Positions 25,817 through 34,188 of a DNA stretch of 34,188 bases are shown here, piece by piece. The stretch is from positions 1-34,188 of the IMG/VR virus record IMGVR_UViG_3300032270_000518. One strand, 5' to 3'. Each line of letters starts with the position of its first letter. Position 1 is the stretch's first letter. The notes below the pieces were generated by a model, which saw only the letters and a list, made by a program, of their open reading frames with translations, had not been told where the DNA came from and ran no database searches. The DNA comes from a virus. Lineage: Duplodnaviria; Caudoviricetes. A program made the position numbers and the translations under genes.

Positions 25817-26689
25817 TTATCGATTTGCGGCTCGCATTGCGTCTGCCTTTGACCCGCCGGAAAGAAGAATGTCGAGTACGGCATCTTCTTTGTCGATTTG
25901 TCGAACGGGTCGTGGTGGAGTTTTTCCGATTGTCGGCCTTGCAGAGTTGCGTGGATCAAGCCGTTTCGGTTCACCAACACTTTGGCGGAACGCTTCGCGA
26001 ATGATGTCGGACACAGACTCGAACTCGCCTGGACGTTCTCGCGAGATGCGAGCGGCCTGTTCAGAGATGTCATCTAGGGATGGAACGTCCTTCCCGTAAT
26101 CTCGAGACATTCTGTCGTATGCGAGTTGAGTTTCGTACTTCACTTCAAGAAGACGAGTCCGCTGATCAAACTCGTTCCGAAGTTTTTCCGTGATATTTCG
26201 GATTGGCTTTGTCGCTTCATCTCCGAAGATTTCGCCAAATTGCGAAAGCGGATCAGCGTCAGCCTCGTTGTCATCAGAAGATGCAGATGCTTTGACTTCC
26301 TTCGCAGTTTCCTGCGCAGTTGGTTTTGCTTTGCGTTCTTCCGCGACCTTCGCTCCGAAAGAGTCCACATCTGCCTGACGCTTTGCAGCCTTCAAGCCCC
26401 AATCCTTCAGCTTGGACGGATCAGCTTTGAATGACTCAATAACGTCAGCAGGAACACCGTCACGCTGCAATGCCTTCACAGCCCGATCAAAGTCGGAGTC
26501 TTGTGGAGCAGACGTTTTAGGTGTTGAAACATCCCGACGTGGCTCGGGACTGTCGATGCCTAAAAGCCGGTCAAGTACTTCGTCTTCAGAAACAGAGTTG
26601 TCCGCAGCAATTGGGACTTCCGTCTCCACAGGCTCAACTACAGGTTCAGCTTCAAGCGTTTCGGGATTGTCGTTGGGTTCTGAAATCAT
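25817..26689 (-). CDS. scaffolding protein
   Basis: Acidic, low-complexity N-terminus and helical body; sits between portal and MCP. Confidence 0.7.
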   Translation of the reverse strand: MISEPNDNPETLEAEPVVEPVETEVPIAADNSVSEDEVLDRLLGIDSPEPRRDVSTPKTSAPQDSDFDRAVKALQRDGVPADVIESFKADPSKLKDWGLKAAKRQADVDSFGAKVAEERKAKPTAQETAKEVKASASSDDNEADADPLSQFGEIFGDEATKPIRNITEKLRNEFDQRTRLLEVKYETQLAYDRMSRDYGKDVPSLDDISEQAARISRERPGEFESVSDIIREAFRQSVGEPKRLDPRNSARPTIGKTPPRPVRQIDKEDAVLDILLSGGSKADAMRAANR

Positions 26690-26979
26690 CAGTCCTTCTC
26701 AAATCCATGCCTTGCCATGATGTCTCTTTCATGGCGCTTCGACATAATGACGGGCTTTCCCTGCCTGTTCGTCTTGCATCCTTCGAGCCGACGCGGGAGC
26801 GAAGTGCTGACGTATGGGTATTGGTGGCGGTTCGTACCTGGATCGACTTGCGGTGTGCTAGCGATACGGGTCAGGGTCTGCCCATCGTGGACAATAATAC
26901 TTCCGATAGATGGCGCGTCACGCATCATCATCGAAAGTTCCACCACATTTCCTTGCTCATCTAGGAATTCGTATTTCAT
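26689..26979 (-). CDS. small FmdB-like protein lacking the Zn-ribbon cysteines
   Basis: MKYEF...E....M...LTRI.S.P pattern and SKRHERDIMARHG tail; located between portal and scaffold. Confidence 0.45.
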   Translation of the reverse strand: MKYEFLDEQGNVVELSMMMRDAPSIGSIIVHDGQTLTRIASTPQVDPGTNRHQYPYVSTSLPRRLEGCKTNRQGKPVIMSKRHERDIMARHGFEKD

Positions 26980-28745
26980 GCTCGGTTTGCCGCTGCCGCG
27001 AGTCCAGCCATTGCGGCTGGAGGAATCGGGCTTGGCTCTCCCATTGCGTTTGTTCGTTGGTTCGGAGCGGGTTGTGGTTGCGCCGGAGCAGCCGCCTGTG
27101 GCTGCATCATTTTCTGCATTGCAGACTGGTCAATCATCTCTGCAAGATTGGGCATATTGAGAGCGTCTCCAACCACCGACAGAATCTCGCGCCACTTGAT
27201 GAATGGCATTGCCATCATCCCTTGGGCTACGTTCGTGGTGATCTGAAGCAACTCCATTGCTCGCTTCTGCACGAGTGCTTCAGAGACGCGCTCCATGCTG
27301 AAGGTATCGACCGTTACCTCTACATCCTCCCACCCTGGCGAGCGAACTCCGCCCGTAAACAAGGGGTTGGCTTCAAGGAACATCTGCACCCCTTCCTTGC
27401 CAAGAGGAATGACGATTCGGTCATCGTGCCAGAGATACCAGCACACAGATCGACCAATGTCATCGACGCACTCTTGGAATTGGCGCTTGAGGTGAGCCAT
27501 GCGCATGGTCGCGCTCGACTCTGCAACAGCGATTTCTGTCGCTGTCGCATTGCCCGTGATGTTTCCACGCATTGCGTCGTGGATGCCCGACACGCGGTCG
27601 AGACGGTCTTGGGCAATCTGCGAGTACTGCACTTGCTGCTGGGTAATGCCGCCAACCTCAAGATTGACCACGCGCTCGCGGTCGAGGTTTTCGCTCAACA
27701 GGATGTAGTCGTGCGGACGATCCTTGATGTCTTGCGCCAACTTGTGGTTTCGCGCATCGACCATAATGAGTCGTTTGTACGCTGCTGCGCTTGAGCGCAC
27801 GGAAGCAAGGTGTTCGTTCAGATCCGTGATCTGTGATTGCACCGCCATCAGCGGTGAAAGCGGATACGGGTCATCCGGCACCGTATATACCCCGAATACC
27901 GTGTACGGCCCCTGACGGGGGCCAAAGTACGGTATCGGCTTCCGAATGTAGCCATCCCAACTCGAAGACTTGGTACGTCCTTTGACGAAGGTATAAATCG
28001 TGCCATTGACCATTCCAGGCCCGAAAATTTCGTCAATGGTCTCCGCCGCTGCTTGGTCGGCTTCCGGCACCCATACCTCATAGATCGCGATCTCCTTGCG
28101 ATCCTCAATGTCACGACCGTTGTCATCGCGAACCTCGTTGAGATCTGTGCCGGATGGGATTGCGAGAATGGCATCGTAATCCCACGTCTTGTCGTATTCA
28201 GCCTTGGCAAGAAGATCATTCTTGTCGCAGGCATAGCAATGGCCCATGAAGCGAACATCTTCGATGTTCGATGCCGCCGGATCCATGAAGAACCGTTCAG
28301 GGCTAATGCGATACAGCCGAGGCAAGTACGGCTCCTTGCCATCAACAGCGCGTGATTCTGGCTTTGGCTCACTTACAACCATGCCAACGCCATACGAAAA
28401 GAGCATATCGGTGGCGATACGCTCTAACGTGCGACGTAACTTGGTGACCCTTGCCCACCGATTGATGGCAAGTTGCATCCTCTTCCCAACAGCCATGTCA
28501 AGCATGGCATCAGCACACCGAATTCGGAATTTCGGTGTGTCGTGAATGATGCGGGGAAGAACCATCGAAATGTACTCGTGACCGAAATTCTCTGGGTCAT
28601 CGATGTATGGATCATTTCGATCATCTCGGTAAGAGGGGCCGTGGTACTTCTCGACCATCGTCCGAAGCGACGATAGATGTGTGTCGCGGAATCGCTCCGC
28701 GCTTTCCACCTCTCGGCGGATTGAATCGAACGAAAGGTCAAGCAT
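26976..28745 (-). CDS. portal protein
   Basis: 589 aa; RISPERFFMDP, IYEVW and RVSGIHDAMRG...ATATE (P22-like portal motif); Q/P-rich tail. Confidence 0.9.
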   Translation of the reverse strand: MLDLSFDSIRREVESAERFRDTHLSSLRTMVEKYHGPSYRDDRNDPYIDDPENFGHEYISMVLPRIIHDTPKFRIRCADAMLDMAVGKRMQLAINRWARVTKLRRTLERIATDMLFSYGVGMVVSEPKPESRAVDGKEPYLPRLYRISPERFFMDPAASNIEDVRFMGHCYACDKNDLLAKAEYDKTWDYDAILAIPSGTDLNEVRDDNGRDIEDRKEIAIYEVWVPEADQAAAETIDEIFGPGMVNGTIYTFVKGRTKSSSWDGYIRKPIPYFGPRQGPYTVFGVYTVPDDPYPLSPLMAVQSQITDLNEHLASVRSSAAAYKRLIMVDARNHKLAQDIKDRPHDYILLSENLDRERVVNLEVGGITQQQVQYSQIAQDRLDRVSGIHDAMRGNITGNATATEIAVAESSATMRMAHLKRQFQECVDDIGRSVCWYLWHDDRIVIPLGKEGVQMFLEANPLFTGGVRSPGWEDVEVTVDTFSMERVSEALVQKRAMELLQITTNVAQGMMAMPFIKWREILSVVGDALNMPNLAEMIDQSAMQKMMQPQAAAPAQPQPAPNQRTNAMGEPSPIPPAAMAGLAAAANRA

Positions 28746-28753
28746 GGATTACC

Positions 28754-28978
28754 TCACTTCTTTCCGCCGCCGCCTGCAACAGTACCTGCGCCAGGAGATG
28801 CTTGTGCAGATGCTTGTGCAGCCACCGATTTGAGGTATGCCAACTTTCCAGCAGGAACTCGTGTGCGCTTCATAACAACTGCCTTCTTCCGTGGCCCATT
28901 GCTCGCGCCACCGTTGCCGCCGTTGCGACCACCATTCTTGCCACCACCTGCACCGTGTCGAGACTTTGCATTTGCCAT
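28754..28978 (-). CDS. small Gly/Lys-rich basic protein
   Basis: MANAKSRHGAGGGKNGG...; GGAGG RBS; TGATG coupling. Confidence 0.6.
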   Translation of the reverse strand: MANAKSRHGAGGGKNGGRNGGNGGASNGPRKKAVVMKRTRVPAGKLAYLKSVAAQASAQASPGAGTVAGGGGKK

Positions 28979-29121
28979 CACTTACCTCCGCGCTTGGTGA
29001 GCTTCTTGTTGCAGCACGATGATTGCGAACGAGCCATCTTGGCAAGTGCGGTCTTCGGCTTGTTTTTCTTATGCATGGATTCATGGGCCATGCGCTCCCG
29101 TTGTGAACTACGAACCGGCAT
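28978..29121 (-). CDS. small basic protein (47 aa; not in track)
   Basis: Hand translation MPVRSSQRERMAHESMHKKNKPKTALAKMARSQSSCCNKKLTKRGGK; GGAG RBS; TGATG overlaps at both ends. Confidence 0.6.
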   Translation of the reverse strand: MPVRSSQRERMAHESMHKKNKPKTALAKMARSQSSCCNKKLTKRGGK

Positions 29122-29252
29122 CACTTACTCCGTTTCTTCGCTGCCTTCTTGGGTAGCGACTTGATGTTTGGAGTTTCTTTCGCCCACTTCTTGGCCGTTT
29201 TCGGCATAGTGGCGAACATGTATTTCTGCTGGGCTTTGGATTTGAATGGCAT
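29121..29252 (-). CDS. small basic 'MPFKSKAQ'-type phage protein (43 aa; not in track)
   Basis: MPFKSKAQQKYMFATMPKTAKKWAKETPNIKSLPKKAAKKRSK, a pattern I recognise from phage packaging regions. Confidence 0.7.
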   Translation of the reverse strand: MPFKSKAQQKYMFATMPKTAKKWAKETPNIKSLPKKAAKKRSK

Positions 29253-29255
29253 GAT

Positions 29256-30005
29256 TCACCTGTTGATGAAGTGACGCTCTACATACCACGCGACTTGCAG
29301 AGACCGAGTGGAACTTCCACTCAACCTGCGGACAACCGCGCCAACTCCGAGTGGGTTACTTGTATTCAGTTGTGCAATTTGCGAAGTCGCAAGCGAATAC
29401 ACAGGAACGCCATCGATGGAAAACACGGCTTTTTTCGCATCAGCAGACACCCATACAGACAGATCACGCCAAGTGTCAGACGAAATTCCCGTGCCATATG
29501 TCACAGTAACTCCATCCGTAACAATCGTCACAGCCCATTTCAATAACCCATTTGTTGTGAATGCGGCGCAAAGTGTTTGGGTGGAAAGGAGGCTGATCCC
29601 TTGCAGAAAGCCGACAGCTGCAAATGCATGAGTTCCTGTGGTATCCGTGTCGGCATAGCGAACTCTTGCAGTCACATCGGATTCGCATTGACCAAATTGG
29701 TAAGAGTCTCCACCTCCTGTATCCCTGCGATGTCCGATGATTCCGCGTGAATTCGATGCATTTGCTGGAGCAATTTGCAGATACGAAGGCGGCTCCTGCC
29801 CAGTATTTACAACATGAGTCAATGTCGGAGCCGTGGTTCCAGAAAGAACAATGGAGACATGCTCTCCAACGTCATAAACGTCTGGACTTGAAGCAACCAG
29901 CTTTCGTCCCTGCATCGCGTTCATTTGAAGCCAACAACACTTGTTTGGCAGGAATTGGCGAATGTCGTATGGGACAGAGGAAATGTCCTGTTTGTACCGT
30001 TCCAT
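29256..30005 (-). CDS. beta-sandwich (ConA/lectin-like) virion-associated protein, paralogue 2
   Basis: TGISSDTWRDLSVWVSADAKKAVFSIDGVPV; similar to the upstream gene. Confidence 0.55.
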   Translation of the reverse strand: MERYKQDISSVPYDIRQFLPNKCCWLQMNAMQGRKLVASSPDVYDVGEHVSIVLSGTTAPTLTHVVNTGQEPPSYLQIAPANASNSRGIIGHRRDTGGGDSYQFGQCESDVTARVRYADTDTTGTHAFAAVGFLQGISLLSTQTLCAAFTTNGLLKWAVTIVTDGVTVTYGTGISSDTWRDLSVWVSADAKKAVFSIDGVPVYSLATSQIAQLNTSNPLGVGAVVRRLSGSSTRSLQVAWYVERHFINR

Positions 30006-30796
30006 CAGACTCCCCTATTCACAAATGCGCGGTACTGCATGTAGTCGATAGTCACGCTTGCCGTGTTAGTCGTTGTAGCGGTAGCTTGCACCGCAGCACC
30101 AACTTGGCATCTTTCCGCAGCAGTAGTCATCGTGAGACGATTCGGAATGTCGTTCGATTGTCGGTGAACGATTGTTCCATCAACGGTGAACACAACATCG
30201 GTAGCGTCTTTGTTGACGTAGATGCCAAGTGTTCTGTAGGTATCCATCTTGATACCGGTGTCCTTGAGAAACCGATATGAAGTGGCTGATGCCGTTCCAG
30301 TCCAATTTTTGAAGATGCCTACTCGAAGTGTCCCTGCTGCTGATGTTTGGTTCTTGATGTAGAAGTACAGGCCATTCTTGCTTTCATTCGTAGCAAGATC
30401 AGCAATATCATCGTAGAACCCAAAACGGATCATCAATTCTGATGCGGTAGTAGCCCATGTTGCGCGGACGAGATAGTCCATCTCGTATACACCAAAGACA
30501 ATTCCTGGGTCAATGCTGTTTGAGGTGCGATCACGCAGTTCTGATTTAGCACCTGCTGTTTTCCCAGCACCAACAGACACCGATCCAATTCCTGCAACAG
30601 GGCCAGATGGATCTGTGAAGGAAAATGTTGAATCCGCAGCAGGAGCAGTTCCTTCTGCACCAACCGTAGTACTCGCGAATCCAGTCCAATCCTCCAACTG
30701 GAACATGTCGGAGAAGATGCGGACACCCTTGTACGGATCCCATTCACGGGGATCGATAGGGAAACTCTGCGTCGTGTAGAAACGATCTTTCTGCAT
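30005..30796 (-). CDS. beta-sandwich (ConA/lectin-like) virion-associated protein, paralogue 1
   Basis: TGIKMDTYRTLGIYVNKDATDVVFTVDGTIV...TIDY is a ConA-like strand pattern. Confidence 0.55.
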   Translation of the reverse strand: MQKDRFYTTQSFPIDPREWDPYKGVRIFSDMFQLEDWTGFASTTVGAEGTAPAADSTFSFTDPSGPVAGIGSVSVGAGKTAGAKSELRDRTSNSIDPGIVFGVYEMDYLVRATWATTASELMIRFGFYDDIADLATNESKNGLYFYIKNQTSAAGTLRVGIFKNWTGTASATSYRFLKDTGIKMDTYRTLGIYVNKDATDVVFTVDGTIVHRQSNDIPNRLTMTTAAERCQVGAAVQATATTTNTASVTIDYMQYRAFVNRGV

Positions 30797-31017
30797 TACT
30801 TCCTCGCTCTGTTCGATGAACGATGAACAACACGAAGGTTCGACTTCCTGTTGTCTCTAGGGTTTCCATTCTTGTGATCAATGTCGTTGCCGTCGCCTTT
30901 GCTGACGCGGCCTTCGCGCTCCGCAGCGCGGCGCACCTTGTTACGAGATGCACGATCCTTCTTCGCCGCAGTCGATGATTGGAACTTGGCGTATTCGGCC
31001 TTGTAGTCGCGGCTCAT
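30796..31017 (-). CDS. small HNH endonuclease
   Basis: Start MSRDYKAEY (31017); GDGNDIDHKNGNPRDNRKSNLRVVHRSSNR is an H-N-N beta-beta-alpha-Me motif. Confidence 0.85.
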   Translation of the reverse strand: MSRDYKAEYAKFQSSTAAKKDRASRNKVRRAAEREGRVSKGDGNDIDHKNGNPRDNRKSNLRVVHRSSNRARK

Positions 31018-31388
31018 CGTCCCATCTCCATGATGCCGAACTCCTTCGGCTTCTGCACGAGGTTCATCGGCTGGTCCTTGAACGGTGACTTGCCCTGCGC
31101 GAGCATCTCGCGGGCATGTGCGACTGCCTTGTCGATGACGTCTCCGTGAGGGAATTCTCCGTACTCCGAAGCCTTCAGCACGGACATGATCTCGCGCTTG
31201 TTGAGATTCGGAACCAGCACGGGGATGTCCATCTGCTTGCCGTCGATCTCGACTCCGATGGAGTATTCCGTGACATCGTCGCCATTGGCGTTCTTGTACG
31301 GACCGAGCCACCCCATCCCCTTCTTGGATCCATCGGGACGAAACTCGTTTGGGTCGAGACGGGAAAGCATCGGAGGAATGTCGCTCAC
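31014..31388 (-). CDS. hypothetical protein
   Basis: Globular-looking sequence (RPDGSKKGMGWLG...TEYSIGV...IPVLVP); GGAGG RBS; 4-nt overlaps on both sides. Confidence 0.7.
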   Translation of the reverse strand: MSDIPPMLSRLDPNEFRPDGSKKGMGWLGPYKNANGDDVTEYSIGVEIDGKQMDIPVLVPNLNKREIMSVLKASEYGEFPHGDVIDKAVAHAREMLAQGKSPFKDQPMNLVQKPKEFGIMEMGR

Positions 31389-31519
31389 TTCTTCCTCCCC
31401 CAGTTGCGCTTCATCTGCGAGTACGCCTTCTCGCTGACCGTGGTCTTCGACTTCGGTCGCGATGTACCAGCGGCCTTGCGCTTGTTGATGTTGTAGAGCA
31501 AGCCCTTCTTCGCAGCCAT
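31385..31519 (-). CDS. small basic protein (44 aa)
   Basis: MAAKKGLLYNINKRKAAGTSRPKSKTTVSEKAYSQMKRNWGRKK; real start at 31519. Confidence 0.7.
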   Translation of the reverse strand: MAAKKGLLYNINKRKAAGTSRPKSKTTVSEKAYSQMKRNWGRKK

Positions 31520-31520
31520 G

Positions 31521-31751
31521 TCAGCACCCCCATCGCTTTCGCGCAGCCTTGCCGCGCTCGCCCTTCCACGAACTCGACCGAGCGCAGAACGACTTGTGAC
31601 GAGGACTGTCCTTGTCCTTCGTCGGAGCCTTGAGATTGCTACCTGTCGCGCGGTTGTACTTCGCACGACCCTTCGCAGTCAGGCCAGCACCTTTCGACAC
31701 GGGCAACTTCTCGCCGCGACCGACAGAAAGGTTGGGATCGCGGCGAGCCAT
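31521..31751 (-). CDS. small basic protein (DUF6321-like)
   Basis: GLTAKGRAKYN...NLKAP...RHKSFCAR...ARKRWGC. Confidence 0.7.
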   Translation of the reverse strand: MARRDPNLSVGRGEKLPVSKGAGLTAKGRAKYNRATGSNLKAPTKDKDSPRHKSFCARSSSWKGERGKAARKRWGC

Positions 31752-31903
31752 CAGCGACCCTTCTTGGGCTTCAACCTCTTCGGGCCACCCTTTGCACCAC
31801 CCTTGCCACCGTTCGTAGAAGAACGCTTCATCGGATCGATGCCAGCCTTGCTAGCAATCTTCTTCATCGGGTTGCCACTTCCGTAGCCTGCGCCGTATTT
31901 CAT
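31751..31903 (-). CDS. small Gly/Lys-rich basic protein (50 aa; not in track)
   Basis: MKYGAGYGSGNPMKKIASKAGIDPMKRSSTNGGKGGAKGGPKRLKPKKGR; GAGG RBS; ATGA and TGATG overlaps. Confidence 0.6.
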   Translation of the reverse strand: MKYGAGYGSGNPMKKIASKAGIDPMKRSSTNGGKGGAKGGPKRLKPKKGR

Positions 31904-33627
31904 CTGAATACCTCGTTGTGTTTGAGAATCGCGCCAAGCGATTCTTCTGGAATAGCTGTTTCAGGTAGTTGTTCGCTCACGCCTTCGTCGCACATCATCA
32001 ATGCGCCTGCCAAGGCAATCACTCGGTCGCCGTGAGACTCACGAGCGCCGGACGATAGGTCGCGAACAGAAGCCGCTTCAATCGACCCATCACCAAGGAT
32101 CACATACTCAAGCATCTCTCGCAAGGTGTCTTCGCTCGGAATTCTGACATCTCCTTGCGAAATTGCCCTGCTCAATGCACCAAGAATTGTGCGCTTCGCT
32201 CGCCTGCTTGAATTCCACCCGTAACGCACCGTCAAGCGCGTCGTGGTCGTACCAACCATGCGCTGACGGTACACGTTGTGATACCCAATCCGAATGAAGT
32301 CATGGTGCATCGCCGCGCCAGGGCCATTTACCTCCCAGCCAACCATCGGATGCCTGCGGCCTCGGTACTCCGTCATCGCAACCTCAACCATCTCATTCGC
32401 CAACTCGTGCGGCGGAATATGCGGGTCAGCGAATTCAGCCACAACCTCGCGAGACTCCGCGTCCATCACGCAAATCGCCGCATTTGCAGACCCAGTTCCA
32501 TACGACGGATCCGCAAACATGACGTACTCGCGGGTCACGTCGCCCATCCTCCACACCCGCCAACGGCCATTCGGGTCATCTACCCACTTCCCGCGAAGCA
32601 ATTCACACTTCTGACCAGGCATCCCGTACTCATTCAAGTGAGACGTAACCACCCCAGGCGTGAAGAAGTTCGCTCCGCTACCAACATCAGTCGCAAAGAC
32701 GTTCTGCGCCAAATCCACCATGTCACGACGCTTGATCTGCTCGCCAAGCCACGGTGTCCACACATACTCGCCACCCGCAGAACCCGTCACACGGCCATCC
32801 ACATCCACCCGATCCTCCGCATTTGCTCCCTTCAGAGGGTGATCGGTGTACAGCAACTCCACCAACTTCGGATCCCCCTGCGAACGGGACATCCGTACCA
32901 ACGTCGAATAGTGCGTACCACTCCCCAAAGGGGTACTTACAGCAATCCGGCAAGCCGTGCAGTCCGCAGCTGACCGCCAAGCAGCCTCCGCGTCACCCAT
33001 CGCCGCAAATTCGTCAAACAAAACCATCGTGCGGCGACCACCACGGCCAACGTGGGCAGTACTCGCCTGACCAGCAATCGTCGCACCTGTCTCTGGGTTC
33101 CGAATCATCATGTGCTGCCGCGTGTCAGAACCACGCTTCAGCAGCGATTTCGCATCACCAGGAAGCAGCCACGGGGGCTGGCACTCCAAAAGGAAGTCAA
33201 TCTTCCACAACAGGCTGTCAGGGTCGCCAGGACGATCCACGCCATCCTCCACGCGACTCACCAACAACGTCTGCCAACCCTTAAACAGCCAACCCCAAGC
33301 AGATACCGCCGCCAACAACCACGATGCACCCATGTCGCGGCTCTTCCGAATCACGACATCACGGCCATTCGTCACCCCATCCACGATCTCCTTCGCCGCC
33401 ATCTCTTGACAAGGCCACAAAACAAACGGCCTATTGGGCTTCTGACTAGGTACTTCGCGGCCAGTACTCGGGTCAACCTCCTTCGGCGCGTAAGTCCAAC
33501 CCGTGAGACGAAGCCAAAGACAAATATCTTGGGCAAAAGCCGTCTTGAAATCGCCCTTCACAGCGTCATCAACACAGGCATCCAAGAACTTCTGGCGCAG
33601 TTGAACGATAGATGGGTCAGTACTCAT
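31900..33627 (-). CDS. terL: terminase large subunit
   Basis: LWPCQ adenine-binding motif, Walker A KSRDMGAS, Walker B VLFDE, VSTP coupling motif, nuclease FADPSYG...HGDRVIA. Confidence 0.93.
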   Translation of the reverse strand: MSTDPSIVQLRQKFLDACVDDAVKGDFKTAFAQDICLWLRLTGWTYAPKEVDPSTGREVPSQKPNRPFVLWPCQEMAAKEIVDGVTNGRDVVIRKSRDMGASWLLAAVSAWGWLFKGWQTLLVSRVEDGVDRPGDPDSLLWKIDFLLECQPPWLLPGDAKSLLKRGSDTRQHMMIRNPETGATIAGQASTAHVGRGGRRTMVLFDEFAAMGDAEAAWRSAADCTACRIAVSTPLGSGTHYSTLVRMSRSQGDPKLVELLYTDHPLKGANAEDRVDVDGRVTGSAGGEYVWTPWLGEQIKRRDMVDLAQNVFATDVGSGANFFTPGVVTSHLNEYGMPGQKCELLRGKWVDDPNGRWRVWRMGDVTREYVMFADPSYGTGSANAAICVMDAESREVVAEFADPHIPPHELANEMVEVAMTEYRGRRHPMVGWEVNGPGAAMHHDFIRIGYHNVYRQRMVGTTTTRLTVRYGWNSSRRAKRTILGALSRAISQGDVRIPSEDTLREMLEYVILGDGSIEAASVRDLSSGARESHGDRVIALAGALMMCDEGVSEQLPETAIPEESLGAILKHNEVFR

Positions 33628-33652
33628 ATTTGTGATGCAAAGGGTCAGTACT
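33614..33652. repeat. 11-bp direct repeat GGGTCAGTACT at the terL start
   Basis: Exact copies at 33614-33624 and 33642-33652. Confidence 0.7.
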
Positions 33653-33714
33653 GTGCAAGTTTGGAGAGGGGGTTATTAGATACCAGGTACTCGGCGCGGC
33701 GCGATTCGGGGGGG

Positions 33715-34188
33715 CTAGGGGGCGGGGTCGGGGTCGTGCCGGTCTCCCGCCAGTTTGTCCCGTGCCGGCGTTGCCGTGAGCTGTCGCTGCTCCGGCGTGG
33801 CCGTGCCGTTGATGACAGTAGTCGCGCCACCCCACTCTGCGAGCAGGGCTCGCGCCCTCCCTGCATCGCCGCCTTCAACGAGTCGCGTCGTGGCATCGAC
33901 CGTGACACTCGCCCGTTCCCGATACGTTTCAGGTCGCAGCCCCCGCAGTCGGAATTGGAGCAGCGTCACCTGTGACGGATTCCCTTCCCTGCTGCCGTCT
34001 GCGATCTCGTCTGCGATTCGCTCGAGTCTCGCCGCTGTCTCTGTCTGTGTCGCACGATGCGCAGCGGCGAAGTCAGGGAAGAGTCGAAGCCACCGATGCA
34101 CCTGCGGCTCACTCACCTGCGCAATCTCGCAAGCACGTCGCCACCCCTGCGCTCCGACAGCGTCGAGCCAAGCGGCCATTCTGCGCTC
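33715..34188 (-). CDS. terS: terminase small subunit (possibly 5'-truncated)
   Basis: HTH (RRACEIAQVSEPQVHRWL..FPDF), LLQFRLRGLRPETYRER; directly upstream of terL; frame open to the window edge. Confidence 0.75.
   Translation of the reverse strand, partial: ERRMAAWLDAVGAQGWRRACEIAQVSEPQVHRWLRLFPDFAAAHRATQTETAARLERIADEIADGSREGNPSQVTLLQFRLRGLRPETYRERASVTVDATTRLVEGGDAGRARALLAEWGGATTVINGTATPEQRQLTATPARDKLAGDRHDPDPAP

Noticed and set aside
23894-26689. Scaffold, MCP and decoration genes share one frame, separated by single stops plus 5-7 sense codons (possible readthrough or recoding)
   Set aside because: The stops differ (TAA, TGA), each downstream gene has its own strong RBS, and shared frame is common by chance. 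No sign of stop reassignment elsewhere.
30796-31017. HNH as a homing endonuclease with an intron or intein
   Set aside because: Very short and free-standing, and terL and portal are uninterrupted; better read as a packaging-region HNH.
4883-33975. Many + strand ORFs of 60-300 aa opposite the late genes
   Set aside because: Antisense shadows of long coding frames with no recognisable motifs or RBS pattern.
1-34188. CRISPR array, tRNA, integrase or IS element
   Set aside because: No spaced repeats, cloverleaf or recombinase/transposase motifs seen; intergenic space is minimal.

Overview
About 34 kb of a tailed dsDNA phage genome with podovirus-like (P22/T7-style) virion architecture, cut at both edges and arranged as two convergent arms. 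The + arm (1-4775) carries recombination and replication genes: a RecT-like annealing protein, HTH proteins, a DUF1376/YdaU-type initiator with iteron-like repeats, a C5 DNA methyltransferase with a nested out-of-frame ORF, a RusA-like resolvase and a YkgJ Cys-cluster protein. The - arm (34188 down to 4889) is the late operon: terS, terL, a cluster of tiny basic proteins and an HNH, two lectin-like paralogues, portal, scaffold, major capsid, decoration protein, head-tail adaptor, a holin/spanin-like cassette with no visible endolysin, tail fibre, tail nozzle, three ejection-type proteins and a ~3650-aa polyvalent protein. The main candidate for an undescribed system is that giant protein. It holds a zincin HExxH peptidase and a row of enzyme-like modules (two GNAT-like, one HhH-glycosylase-like, LPD38-like), each preceded by a recurring [FYM]-S-[ML]-R motif, which suggests a self-processing injected polyprotein. 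All family calls come from motif recognition by eye; no searches were run.
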